NCBI GenBank assembly: GCA_017456965.1
Contig: JAFTIJ010000151.1
Span: forward strand, 1-35,715
DNA length: 35,715 nucleotides
DNA from: Clostridia bacterium
Lineage (GTDB): Bacteria > Bacillota > Clostridia > Oscillospirales > CAG-272
Direction: 5' to 3'
Positions 1 through 8,663 of this stretch are shown here, one piece after another. The first letter of the stretch is position 1. Each line of letters opens with the position of its first letter. A model generated the notes under the pieces. That model ran no database searches. It was not told where the DNA came from and saw nothing but the letters and a program-made list of their open reading frames with translations. A program made the translations under genes and the position numbers.

Positions 1-116
1 AAATCACATTCGCCCCAAAACACCTTGCCCTTAATCGTTTTGCAACCCTTGCAATTTTGTTCTGTTTTAAATCTGCATGAAGCACAATCTATTCCACAAA
101 TACTATAGTTTGCCAT
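1..116 (-). CDS. Partial small Cys-rich protein, DUF3795-like (3' end cut by window edge)
   Basis: My own reverse-strand translation from the ATG at 114-116 gives MANYSICGIDCASCRFKTEQNCKGCKTIKGKVFWGECD... A GAGGTGG Shine-Dalgarno (plus-strand 121-127) lies 4 nt upstream. The CxxxCxxC...CxxC spacing is typical of DUF3795-type metal-binding proteins. It is absent from the ORF track because it is truncated. Confidence 0.45.
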   Translation of the reverse strand, partial: MANYSICGIDCASCRFKTEQNCKGCKTIKGKVFWGECD

Positions 117-368
117 ATTACCACCTCATCAAATTCTTATGTATCGTTTTGTTTATCACCGGTTTCGCCTTGGTATGACAGCGTCGCGGACAACGTCGGC
201 ATCGTGCAAAGCCCACGCCCTATTCTTGAACATTCAAACGTTTGTAATACCAACGCTTAGGATTTTCATAGATGTATTTCCTACGTGTTTCAGGCGGTGC
301 CTTGGTGCCGCCGTTTCTTCGGTGTACTTTCGGCGGGAGCAAATTCTCTGCCGAAATCCATGCCTATG

Positions 369-2498
369 TCAGGGCTCTACCGTGAGCATCACGGAGAGGA
401 GCTGATGCAGACCGCCGCCGACGAGGATCTCAAACTGACCGGGCTCGACCACGGTCTTTTCCTCTGCGTTTACAAGCGCGAGATCGTTTACGGCGAGCGG
501 CAGCTCGACGCGCACGGTCTCACCCGCTCTGACGAATACCTTCTTGAAGCCGCAAAGCTGTCTCTCGGGCGTCAGAACGGAGCTGTAGAGATCGTTCTCA
601 TACATCTCGACCGTCTCGTAGCCGTCCATCTCTCCCGTATTCGTCACGTTCACAGAGACCGTCAGCACGTCTCCCGCCCTCACGGTATCACGAGAGAGGG
701 TGAGATCGCTGTATTCGTAGGTCGTGTAGGAGAGACCGAAGCCGAAGTCGAACAGTCTCGTCTCCTCCGCGTCCATATATTTGCCGCCGTGCCAGCCGGG
801 ATAGGTATTGTAGTAACAGGGCACCTGACCCGACGTGCGCGGGAAGGAGATCGGGAGCTTGCCCGAGGGGTTGAAGCGTCCCGCGATCATCTCCGCGACG
901 CACAGACCGCCGAGGTCGCCGCCGTTGAACATCTCGATCACCGCATCCGCGTGATGCACGACGTCGCCAAGGCAAAGCGGCTTGCCGTTGACGAGCACGA
1001 CGATGACGGGCGTGCCCGTCTTCTTCAGATGCGCCACGAGCTCCTGCTGTCTGCCCGAGAGGGTGAGGTCTGAGCGGTCCTTGGTCTCGCCGTTCTGGGC
1101 GAGACAGTCGCCGATGACGACCACCGCCACATCACTGAAGGTCGCCGCCGCGATCGCGCGCGCCATCATGCGGTCGTCGCTCTCCTCCATAACATCACAG
1201 CCCTTTTCGTAGATGATCTCACTGCCGTCAAAGACCTCGCGGATACCGCGCAAAACGGTATAAAAATCGCTCTCAGGCACGCAATCGTCGGGCGCCTTGT
1301 CAGGATGGCTGAAGAAGGTCCAATCGCCGTACTGAGCGCGGATATCGTCCGCATTCGGTCCGATGACTGCGATACGGGGGTGCTTCTCCGTCAAAGGAAG
1401 TACGCCGTTATTTTTCAGTAAAACGAGGCTCTCGCGTGTCAGCTTGCGGTTGACCTCCACGTGCTCGCGCGAGCCGATCACCTCACGCGGCAGACGCTTT
1501 TTCTCCCCGTCAAAGAGACCGAGCGAGAATTTGACCCTCAGAATACGGCGCACCGCATCGTCGATAAGCGTCATCGGGATCACGCCCTCCTTCACCATCC
1601 GCACGGCGTGATCGTAGAAGGGATAGGAGTTCATGCTCATATCGTTGCCCGCCTCGATCGTCGTGCGTACGCCGTCGGCATAGCTCTCGACCGCTCTCTG
1701 CTTGGTGCGCAAGGAGGCGACGTTATACCAGTCGGTCACAACGAAGCCGTCGAAGCCGAGCTCCCCCTTAAGCACCTCTCTCAAAAGCTTTCTGTGCGCG
1801 GTCATCGGTACGCCCGAGACTGAGCCGTACGCCGTCATGACCGTGGACGCCCCCGCCTCCACCGCACGACGGAAGGGCGGCAAGAAGGTCTCGCGGATCT
1901 TGCGCATGGAGATCTCCGTATCGTAGGCGTCTCTCGCGCCCGTTGCCTCACCGTAGCCGATATAGTGCTTGAGGCAAGCGGCAACCAGACCGTCCTCCTC
2001 GTAGCCCTCCGTGATCGCCGCGGCAAGCGTGCCGACCAGATACGGGTCCTCACCAAAGGTCTCGTCTACTCTGCCCCAGCGTGTGTCGCGCCCGATGCAG
2101 AGCACGGGAGAAAAGACCCAATCCAAGCCGTCGGCGTTGACCTCACGCGCCGTTACCTTGCCCATCTCCTTGACAAGCGCGGGATTCCACGTGCAGGCGG
2201 CGGCAAGCTGTGACGGGAAAATGACCGCACCGTTGAGCAACGAGTGGCCGTGAATGGCATCGATACCGAAGATCGGCGGGATCGTCTTGCCCGCCTGCTT
2301 CGCCTCGGAGCGCATCGCCTCGGCGTCCCGTCCGAGCACGTGCAAAAACGAGCCCGCACCAAGCTTGCGGAAGCGCTCAAATACCTCGGGGCGATAGCCC
2401 TCGTAGCTTATCTGCTGCATCTGCGCGATCTTCTCCTCCACTGTCATTTCCGACAGCATCTGCGTGATCCGCGCCTCATAGTTTTCCGATCGTTTCAT
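369..2498 (-). CDS. bglX: Glycoside hydrolase family 3 beta-glucosidase (BglX-like)
   Basis: ORF 369..2579. GH3 hallmarks are GIDAIHG, GRDTRWGRVDETFGEDP and the nucleophile context GFVVTDW. I moved the start to the ATG at 2496-2498 (MKRSENYE...) because AGGAGG lies 6 nt upstream. The TTG at 2579 has no SD. Confidence 0.9.
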   Translation of the reverse strand: MKRSENYEARITQMLSEMTVEEKIAQMQQISYEGYRPEVFERFRKLGAGSFLHVLGRDAEAMRSEAKQAGKTIPPIFGIDAIHGHSLLNGAVIFPSQLAAACTWNPALVKEMGKVTAREVNADGLDWVFSPVLCIGRDTRWGRVDETFGEDPYLVGTLAAAITEGYEEDGLVAACLKHYIGYGEATGARDAYDTEISMRKIRETFLPPFRRAVEAGASTVMTAYGSVSGVPMTAHRKLLREVLKGELGFDGFVVTDWYNVASLRTKQRAVESYADGVRTTIEAGNDMSMNSYPFYDHAVRMVKEGVIPMTLIDDAVRRILRVKFSLGLFDGEKKRLPREVIGSREHVEVNRKLTRESLVLLKNNGVLPLTEKHPRIAVIGPNADDIRAQYGDWTFFSHPDKAPDDCVPESDFYTVLRGIREVFDGSEIIYEKGCDVMEESDDRMMARAIAAATFSDVAVVVIGDCLAQNGETKDRSDLTLSGRQQELVAHLKKTGTPVIVVLVNGKPLCLGDVVHHADAVIEMFNGGDLGGLCVAEMIAGRFNPSGKLPISFPRTSGQVPCYYNTYPGWHGGKYMDAEETRLFDFGFGLSYTTYEYSDLTLSRDTVRAGDVLTVSVNVTNTGEMDGYETVEMYENDLYSSVLTPERQLCGFKKVFVRAGETVRVELPLAVNDLALVNAEEKTVVEPGQFEILVGGGLHQLLSVMLTVEP

Positions 2499-2563
2499 CG
2501 TAATCCTCCTATCAGACTTCAGTTTTTCCACAATCGTCCTGTGGGAAAAATTCTTGTGGAAAC

Positions 2564-2592
2564 ATTCTATCACAATCAAGGGAAATTTACAA
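2564..2592 (-). promoter_or_regulatory. Putative sigma-A promoter of bglX (TTGTAA-17-TAGAAT)
   Basis: On the minus strand, -35 TTGTAA is at 2587-2592, followed by a 17-nt spacer and -10 TAGAAT at 2564-2569. This is about 65 nt upstream of the chosen bglX start. Confidence 0.4.
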
Positions 2593-2642
2593 GATTTGGT
2601 GAAAAATTACGTGGGAAAAATTTTATTTTTTCATAAAATCTA

Positions 2643-2671
2643 TTGCAAAACACCCATAATTCCTTTATAAT
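2643..2671 (+). promoter_or_regulatory. Putative sigma-A promoter of the dcw operon (TTGCAA-17-TATAAT)
   Basis: -35 TTGCAA is at 2643-2648, followed by a 17-nt spacer and a consensus -10 TATAAT at 2666-2671. This implies a leader of about 190 nt before the mraZ GTG. Confidence 0.5.
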
Positions 2672-2816
2672 ATTTGTACAAGTGGTGAAATATCACACAA
2701 AAGTGGGGAAATGTGGCGTTTTCCACATTTCCAACAGACTTTTCCACAATTTGTCCATCAAAGCCACCGGACGCCGTGTGGCCCTCTCCGCTTTTCCACA
2801 GGGAAGGCGGAGCTCT

Positions 2817-2842
2817 TATACGTACGCGCGTGCGCGCGTACG
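2817..2842. repeat. 26-nt perfectly alternating pyrimidine/purine tract containing the inverted repeat CGTACGCGCG-tg-CGCGCGTACG
   Basis: Read base by base. 2817-2842 is TATACGTACGCGCGTGCGCGCGTACG. The arms are 2821-2830 and 2833-2842. It lies in the mraZ leader, 28 nt before the GTG start. Confidence 0.85.
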
Positions 2843-2869
2843 GCGCGAAAAACAAAAGGGGGTGCTTTC

Positions 2870-3289
2870 GTGTTTCTCGGGCAATACATCCATACCGTTG
2901 ACGCCAAGGGCAGGACCTTCGTCCCCGCGAAATACAGGGACGCCCTTGGCGAGTGCTTCGTGCTGACGCGCGGAACCTCAAAATGCCTCGTGATCTACCC
3001 GATGGCGGAATGGGAGCGATACGTCGCCAAATTAAATTCACTCCCGCAAACGCAGGCGGCAAAGCTGCGCCGCTTCCTTTTTTCGGCGGCAAGCGACCTC
3101 ACGGCAGACGCACAGGGTCGCATCCTTTTGCCAAAGCCCTTGAGAGACTACGCCGCCCTCGGCAAGAGCATCGTCTTTCTCGGTCTCGGCTCCTACGTGG
3201 AGATCTGGGCGGAGGAGGCATGGCAGGCGGAAAACGAGACGCTCGACGGCGCCGCCACCGAGGAGCTGATGCTCTCCCTCGGCATCTGA
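2870..3289 (+). CDS. mraZ: Transcriptional regulator MraZ
   Basis: It lies within ORF 2711..3289. The start is set at GTG 2870 (VFLGQYIHTVDAKGRTFVPAKYR...), which matches the canonical MraZ N-terminus (MFxGxYxHxxDxKGR). A GGGGG SD lies upstream. There are two SpoVT/AbrB-like halves, the second being DAQGRILLPKPLR. Confidence 0.9.
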   Translation: MFLGQYIHTVDAKGRTFVPAKYRDALGECFVLTRGTSKCLVIYPMAEWERYVAKLNSLPQTQAAKLRRFLFSAASDLTADAQGRILLPKPLRDYAALGKSIVFLGLGSYVEIWAEEAWQAENETLDGAATEELMLSLGI

Positions 3290-3336
3290 TCCCGTCCAAG
3301 CGACGGATACTATCAAGAAAGGGTCGGTAAGGACCT

Positions 3337-4281
3337 ATGGAAATCGTATTTTCACATTACTCCGTCATGCTAAGCGAATGCATCGACGCACTCAATATAC
3401 GCCCCGACGGCATCTACATGGATTGCACCCTCGGCGGCGGCGGCCACTCGCTTGAGATCGCCCGGCGTCTCACGACGGGCAAGCTCATCTGTATCGATCA
3501 GGATATCTGCGCCATCACCGCGGCCAAGGAGCGCCTGCGTGAGCACGCAGATAAGATCCTCTTCGTCAAAAATAACTTCTCCAATATTCACGCCATCCTC
3601 TCGGAGCTCGGCATCGAATATATCGACGGCGCTCTGCTCGACCTCGGTGTCTCCTCCTATCAGCTCGACACCCCCGAGCGCGGCTTCTCCTATAACACGG
3701 AGGCGCCGCTGGATATGCGCATGAATGAGGATGCCGCCCTCAGCGCTTACGAGGTGGTCAATACCTACACGGAGTCCGCACTCCGCCGCATTATTCTCGA
3801 CTACGGCGAGGATAACAACGCCTCCCGCATTGCGGGCGCGATCGTGAAAAAAAGAGCGGAGAAGCCGATCGAGACCACGACCGAGCTCGTCGAGGTCATC
3901 AAGAGCGTCACGCCCAAGAAGCTGCTCGCCGTCGGTCATCACCCCGCCAAGAAGGTCTTTCAGGCGATCCGCATCGAGGTGAACTCCGAGCTCTCCATCA
4001 TCGAGCCGACGCTCACCGCCATCACGAGCCACCTGAATCCAAACGGACGCATCGCAGTCATCACCTTCCACTCTCTTGAGGACAGAGCCGCCAAGCACGC
4101 CTTCGCAGAGCTCTCGCGCGGCTGTACCTGCCCGCCCTCCTACCCCGTCTGCGTCTGCGGCAACAAGCCCAAGCTCACCCTGATCAATAAAAAGCCCATC
4201 CTTCCCTCCGAAGAGGAGCTGGCGGAAAATCACCGCTCCCACAGCGCCAAGCTCCGCGTCGCACAGCGAACGGAATACTGA
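3337..4281 (+). CDS. rsmH: 16S rRNA (cytosine1402-N4)-methyltransferase RsmH/MraW
   Basis: HYSVML..., the SAM motif [10 protein letters not shown], and the conserved position after mraZ. Confidence 0.95.
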   Translation: MEIVFSHYSVMLSECIDALNIRPDGIYMDCTLGGGGHSLEIARRLTTGKLICIDQDICAITAAKERLREHADKILFVKNNFSNIHAILSELGIEYIDGALLDLGVSSYQLDTPERGFSYNTEAPLDMRMNEDAALSAYEVVNTYTESALRRIILDYGEDNNASRIAGAIVKKRAEKPIETTTELVEVIKSVTPKKLLAVGHHPAKKVFQAIRIEVNSELSIIEPTLTAITSHLNPNGRIAVITFHSLEDRAAKHAFAELSRGCTCPPSYPVCVCGNKPKLTLINKKPILPSEEELAENHRSHSAKLRVAQRTEY

Positions 4282-4298
4282 GAAAGCGCGGATACCGT

Positions 4299-4673
4299 AT
4301 GAAGCAAAAAAAGAAATTCCGCGAGGTCGTACGAAATACGCTATATAACGTCTTTTTCGGCGGCACGGGCTACGACACGGAATATGAGCAGGGTACGCCC
4401 TTCCCCGTTGCCGCCATCTTCTCCGCGATCGTCACGACCGTACTCGTCCTGGCGCTGATCTTCTCCTTTATCGAGATCTCCGCGCTCTCCTCCGATATCG
4501 CGGATATGAAGAAGGAGATCGTGATGCTAAACTCACGCGAGGGCAAGCTTCGCGACGATCTGAATCACAAATATCCTCACGCGGCGCTGATGCAGGCGAT
4601 CGAGGACATGGGCTTCACCGAGGACGGCGGTCAGACCGTGATCGTCCCCGAGGAGCAGGTGCCGTCGGAATAA
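4299..4673 (+). CDS. ftsL: FtsL-like cell division protein (single TM plus coiled coil)
   Basis: 124 aa with one hydrophobic helix (PVAAIFSAIVTTVLVLALIFSFI) followed by a heptad-like segment. It sits in the canonical slot between rsmH and the class B PBP. Sequence conservation in this family is weak, so the call is mostly positional. Confidence 0.6.
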   Translation: MKQKKKFREVVRNTLYNVFFGGTGYDTEYEQGTPFPVAAIFSAIVTTVLVLALIFSFIEISALSSDIADMKKEIVMLNSREGKLRDDLNHKYPHAALMQAIEDMGFTEDGGQTVIVPEEQVPSE

Positions 4674-4757
4674 GCACCCGCCGTCTTTCATCATAAAATT
4701 CGTCAGACGGCATATAAATAAAGCTACGATACCCAATCAGGCGAAAGGATCCGTATC

Positions 4758-7070
4758 ATGCAACACACCCCACCCCATAACAGCGCCAAGCCGGGCTCGA
4801 TCCTCGGCAAATGGAGCGCAATGATGCGTTCGCGCGCCTTCATCCTCTTTGCCATCTGCACCTGTGTGGCGGCGATCATCATCGGCAGGCTCTTTTACCT
4901 GCAGATCATACGACACCAATATTATAAGCGTCTGGTATTAGAGCAGATGCTCTACGAGGTCGAGATCGATGCCAAGCGCGGAACGATCACGGACAGAAAC
5001 GGCGTGATCCTCGCCACCAACTACACCACGGAGCGTATCTTCATCGACCCCAGCAACATCAAAACGGAGGACGTCCGCGTCATGATCGCCGAGGGGCTCT
5101 CCGAGATCCTTGAGGTCGAGTACGACTTCGTCTACGAGGAGGCGGGCAAGTCCAAATACCGCGACCGCACCATCAAAAAGAACGTGGAGAAGGAAACTGC
5201 AGACAAGGTCCGTGCCTTCTTACTCGACGAAAAAAACGTCGCGATCCTTGAAAAGGATGAGGAAAACAAGGACATCGCGCTCTCCCAGATCGTTTACTTT
5301 GCCGAGACGACCACGCGCGTTTACCCCTACGGCGATCTTGCCTCTCACGTGATCGGCTTCTGCGGTGCGGACGGCGGTCTCTACGGTCTGGAGTATCAGT
5401 ACGACGCCGTGCTCTCGGGCGTATCGGGCAACATTTTCGCCGCCAAAAACGGCATCTCGGGTGCCATGCCCTACAACTATGAGACCATCATTGACGCCGA
5501 GAACGGCGCCAATATCACGACCACCATCGACTATAAGATCCAGAGCTTCTTACAGAGCCATCTGGAGGACGCCGCCGTGGAATCGGGTGCAAAGTCCCGT
5601 GCCTGCGGCATTATCATGAACGTCAAGACGGGCGAGATCTACGCCATGGCGACCTATCCCTACTACGATCTCAACAGTCCCCGCACGCTCCCCCACTACT
5701 ACGATCCCATGCTCGCGGCGTACGCCGCCGCCTACGGCGAGGACTCCGACGAGTATCTGCAATACAAGTCAAAGCTCCTGTTTTCCACGTGGAATAACAA
5801 ATGCCTGACAGACACCTACGAGCCGGGCTCCACCTCCAAGATCTTCACGACCGCGATCGCCTTGGAGGAGGATCTCTCAAACGTCAAGGAGACCTTCTCC
5901 TGCACGGGCGGCTATCTTGTCAAGGGCTGGTCCAAGCCCATCAAGTGTCACAAGGTCACGGGACACGGCATCCTCACCTTTGCGGAGGCGCTCCAGCAGT
6001 CCTGCAACCCCGTCATGATGAAGCTCGCCGAGCGCATCGGCATCTCCACCTTCTGCGATTACTTCTCCGCCCTCGGTCTCGACAGCAAGACGGGCATCGA
6101 CCTGCCGGGCGAGGCGGATTCCATTTACACCTCCGAGGAGAATATGTCGGGCGTCGATCTCGCCGTCTACTCCTTCGGTCAGCGCTATAACGTCACCGCT
6201 ATCCAGCAGATCACGGCAGTCGCCGCCATTGCAAACGGCGGTACGCTGGTCACCCCCCATCTCGTACGCGAGATCTCGGACGACAGCGGCAACGTCCTTG
6301 CCTCCTTCGGCACGACGACCGTGCGTCAGATCGTAAGCCGCGAGACCTCCGACACCATCAACGCCATCCTCGAAGAGGGTGTATCGGGCAACGGCGGTGC
6401 AAAAAATGCCTACGTCAAGGGCTATAAGATCGCCGCCAAAACGGGTACGTCCGAGAAGGGCACGCAAGGTGCGCGCATCGGCTCCACCGTCGCTTACGCC
6501 CCCGCAGACGACCCCGAGGTCATCTGCATCCTGATCGTCGATGAGCCGACCATCGGCTCTCTTTACGGCAGTACGGTCGCCGCGCCCTACGTTGCGGAGA
6601 TCATGGCCGACGTCCTTCCCTATCTCGGCTTTGAGCCCGAATACAGCGCAGGCGAGAAGGTCGAAACCGAGATCGAGCTCCCCAACCTCAGAGGCAAATC
6701 TCTCGACGAGGCGATCCTGCGTCTGATGGGTGCGGGGCTCACCTACGAGATCATCGGCAACGGCACGAGCGTCGTCGAGCAGGTTCCCCCTGCGGGCAGT
6801 AAGGTCGCCGCGTCCAACGGCAAGGTCATTCTCTACACGACGACGGACGGCGCATCGGCAACCGCCATCGTTCCGAACGTCATCGGCATGACCGCAGAGG
6901 CGGCAAACAAGACTCTCGTCAACGCCGGCTTCAATATCCGCATCACGGGCAGTACGGGTGCGGGCGCCGTCGCCGTCGAGCAGTCCGTCCCCGCTCAGAC
7001 CGAGCTTGAAAAGGGCACGGTCATCACCGTAAAATTCCTGCATCTCGGTACCGACTACATCACACAATAG
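4758..7070 (+). CDS. Class B penicillin-binding protein (FtsI/PBP2B/SpoVD family) with two C-terminal PASTA domains
   Basis: Transpeptidase motifs are STSK, SCN and KTGT. There is an N-terminal TM anchor and two PASTA-like repeats (LPNLRGKSLDEA..., VPNVIGMTAEAA...). An alternative start at the internal MM (about 4821) is possible. Confidence 0.9.
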   Translation: MQHTPPHNSAKPGSILGKWSAMMRSRAFILFAICTCVAAIIIGRLFYLQIIRHQYYKRLVLEQMLYEVEIDAKRGTITDRNGVILATNYTTERIFIDPSNIKTEDVRVMIAEGLSEILEVEYDFVYEEAGKSKYRDRTIKKNVEKETADKVRAFLLDEKNVAILEKDEENKDIALSQIVYFAETTTRVYPYGDLASHVIGFCGADGGLYGLEYQYDAVLSGVSGNIFAAKNGISGAMPYNYETIIDAENGANITTTIDYKIQSFLQSHLEDAAVESGAKSRACGIIMNVKTGEIYAMATYPYYDLNSPRTLPHYYDPMLAAYAAAYGEDSDEYLQYKSKLLFSTWNNKCLTDTYEPGSTSKIFTTAIALEEDLSNVKETFSCTGGYLVKGWSKPIKCHKVTGHGILTFAEALQQSCNPVMMKLAERIGISTFCDYFSALGLDSKTGIDLPGEADSIYTSEENMSGVDLAVYSFGQRYNVTAIQQITAVAAIANGGTLVTPHLVREISDDSGNVLASFGTTTVRQIVSRETSDTINAILEEGVSGNGGAKNAYVKGYKIAAKTGTSEKGTQGARIGSTVAYAPADDPEVICILIVDEPTIGSLYGSTVAAPYVAEIMADVLPYLGFEPEYSAGEKVETEIELPNLRGKSLDEAILRLMGAGLTYEIIGNGTSVVEQVPPAGSKVAASNGKVILYTTTDGASATAIVPNVIGMTAEAANKTLVNAGFNIRITGSTGAGAVAVEQSVPAQTELEKGTVITVKFLHLGTDYITQ

Positions 7071-7142
7071 CGGGCTGTGCCCGCTTCCCCGGGCTCGCCT
7101 ATCATTATGCTCTGCTTCACCAAGCAAAGCGCAACGGCGAGG

Positions 7143-7172
7143 TTGATGCTTCCGATTCCCAAGCAATAAAAT
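7143..7172 (+). promoter_or_regulatory. Possible internal promoter ahead of murE (TTGATG-18-TAAAAT)
   Basis: It lies in the 161-nt PBP-murE spacer, the only sizeable gap inside the operon. The hexamers are TTGATG 7143-7148 and TAAAAT 7167-7172. The match is weak. Confidence 0.3.
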
Positions 7173-7231
7173 CAAAGAACCTCTTAAATAACGGATGTCA
7201 AAGGATTCTCAAAAACTCTCAAGGAGGCTTT

Positions 7232-8662
7232 ATGAATCTCTCTCACATCCTCTACCCCTCGGAGACGCGGCGGGATTTAAACCTGTCAATCCCCGTCGCC
7301 AAGCCCTGTCAGAGCGTATCCGCGCTCGCTCCGGGCGACGTATATTTCGCAAGCAGATGCGAGAATATCCAAGACGCCGTGAACATGGGCGCGTCCGCGA
7401 TCGTCGCAGATGAAAGCGCATGGACGGATATCCCGCTTCCGATCCCCGTTTTCCCCGTGAAAAACGTCCGACGGCAATACGCCCTTGCGTGGAGCCGATA
7501 TACGGGGCACCCTGAGCGTGCGCTCCGTCTCATCGCCGTCACGGGCACCAACGGCAAGACCTCGGTCACCGTCTTTCTCTGCTCGCTCTTGCGCGCACTC
7601 GGATACAAGACGGGACTGATCGGCACGACGCTCTGCTCGGACGGTGTGCATACCGAGCCCTCCGACTACACCACACCGCCGCCCGAGATCCTCTACCCGC
7701 TCCTTGCGCGTATGAAGGCAAACGGCGCAACCTACGCCGTCATGGAGGCATCCTCTCACGCCCTGACGCAGGAGCGCCTCTTCGGTCTTCGCTTCGCGTG
7801 TGCGATCTTTACCAATCTCACGCGCGATCACTTGGACTATCACGGCACGTACGAGCGCTACGCCGCGGCAAAGGCCTCTCTTTTTACCATGGCGGAGCAC
7901 TCGCTCCTGTTTCATTCCGACCCAAGCGCCCGTCGCATGGCGTTCGACGCCACAGGGGACGTCTTCTACTACGGCGAGCATCCGCTTGCCGAGTTTGAGA
8001 TCCGAGACCCCCTGATATCTGCCGAGGGCATCCGCTATACACTCGTATCCGACGGCACGGAGCTTCCCGTCCGTCTGCCCCTGTACGGGCGCTTTCACAT
8101 TGCCAATACCGCCGCGGCGCTTGCCTGTGCGATCATCCTCGGTGAAGATCCGTCGGCGCTTGCCGACGCGATCCCCCATATGCGGACACCGACGGGACGC
8201 ATGGAGCGCCTTGCGACCGATACCCCCTACGCAGTCTATCTCGACTACGCGCACTCCCCCGACGCGCTGACACAAGCGCTCTCCTCCCTACGACCGCTGA
8301 CAAGGCGCCTCACCGTGCTTTTCGGCGCGGGCGGAGAACGGGACCGCGGCAAGCGCCCGCAGATGGGGCGAGCGGCGGCAAAGCTTGCGGACCGCATCAT
8401 CCTGACAAACGACAACCCCAGAAACGAAGACCCGAACCGCATTCTCTCCGATATCATGGAGGGAATTCCCGACTCAAAAGCGGTGATATGCATCCCCGAC
8501 CGTGAGATAGCGATCCAATATGCGCTCGACACGGCACAAGCGGACGATATCCTCCTTTTCGCCGGAAAAGGGCACGAAGCTTATCTCATAGACGAAAACG
8601 GCAAGCACCCCTTTTCCGAACGTGAGATCGTCCGAAAATACTTAGAAAGAAAAGGAACCTGA
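7232..8662 (+). CDS. murE: UDP-N-acetylmuramoyl-L-alanyl-D-glutamate--2,6-diaminopimelate ligase MurE
   Basis: P-loop VTGTNGKTS. A DNPR motif (LTNDNPRNEDP) is characteristic of meso-DAP-adding MurE. AAGGAGG SD. Confidence 0.95.
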   Translation: MNLSHILYPSETRRDLNLSIPVAKPCQSVSALAPGDVYFASRCENIQDAVNMGASAIVADESAWTDIPLPIPVFPVKNVRRQYALAWSRYTGHPERALRLIAVTGTNGKTSVTVFLCSLLRALGYKTGLIGTTLCSDGVHTEPSDYTTPPPEILYPLLARMKANGATYAVMEASSHALTQERLFGLRFACAIFTNLTRDHLDYHGTYERYAAAKASLFTMAEHSLLFHSDPSARRMAFDATGDVFYYGEHPLAEFEIRDPLISAEGIRYTLVSDGTELPVRLPLYGRFHIANTAAALACAIILGEDPSALADAIPHMRTPTGRMERLATDTPYAVYLDYAHSPDALTQALSSLRPLTRRLTVLFGAGGERDRGKRPQMGRAAAKLADRIILTNDNPRNEDPNRILSDIMEGIPDSKAVICIPDREIAIQYALDTAQADDILLFAGKGHEAYLIDENGKHPFSEREIVRKYLERKGT

Positions 8663-8663
8663 T

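Larger units (their letters stand above)
2524..2800. promoter_or_regulatory. Array of GTGG(G)AAA / TTTTCCACA boxes (candidate MraZ operator array)
   Basis: Exact TTTTCCACA occurs at 2524-2532, 2719-2727, 2740-2748 and 2792-2800. Opposite-orientation boxes are TGTGGGAAAAA 2540-2550, TGTGGAAAC 2555-2563, CGTGGGAAAAA 2610-2620, AGTGGTGAAA 2681-2690 and AGTGGGGAAA 2702-2711. There is a perfect inverted repeat GGAAATGTGG-N6-CCACATTTCC at 2707-2732. Confidence 0.5.

Noticed and set aside
2524-2800. The repeated 9-mers as a CRISPR array or as transposon terminal repeats.
   Set aside because: The units are only 9-11 bp, irregularly spaced and in both orientations. There are no spacer-like regular intervals, no cas genes and no transposase genes.
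2499-2869. N-terminal ORF-track extensions of bglX (to 2579) and mraZ (from 2711). The same applies to ftsZ (14504), rluB (18730), tauE (27242) and miaA (32408).
   Set aside because: The extensions begin at non-ATG codons without an SD. They run through promoter, operator or terminator sequence. They add residues absent from the conserved N-termini. Internal starts with good SDs restore canonical N-termini.
7069-7085. Hairpin AGCGGGC-tgt-GCCCGCT overlapping the PBP stop codon as an intra-operon terminator.
   Set aside because: It has a 7-bp stem and a 3-nt loop, and is followed by TCCCCGGG with no U-tract. It may affect mRNA stability, but the evidence is insufficient to call a terminator.
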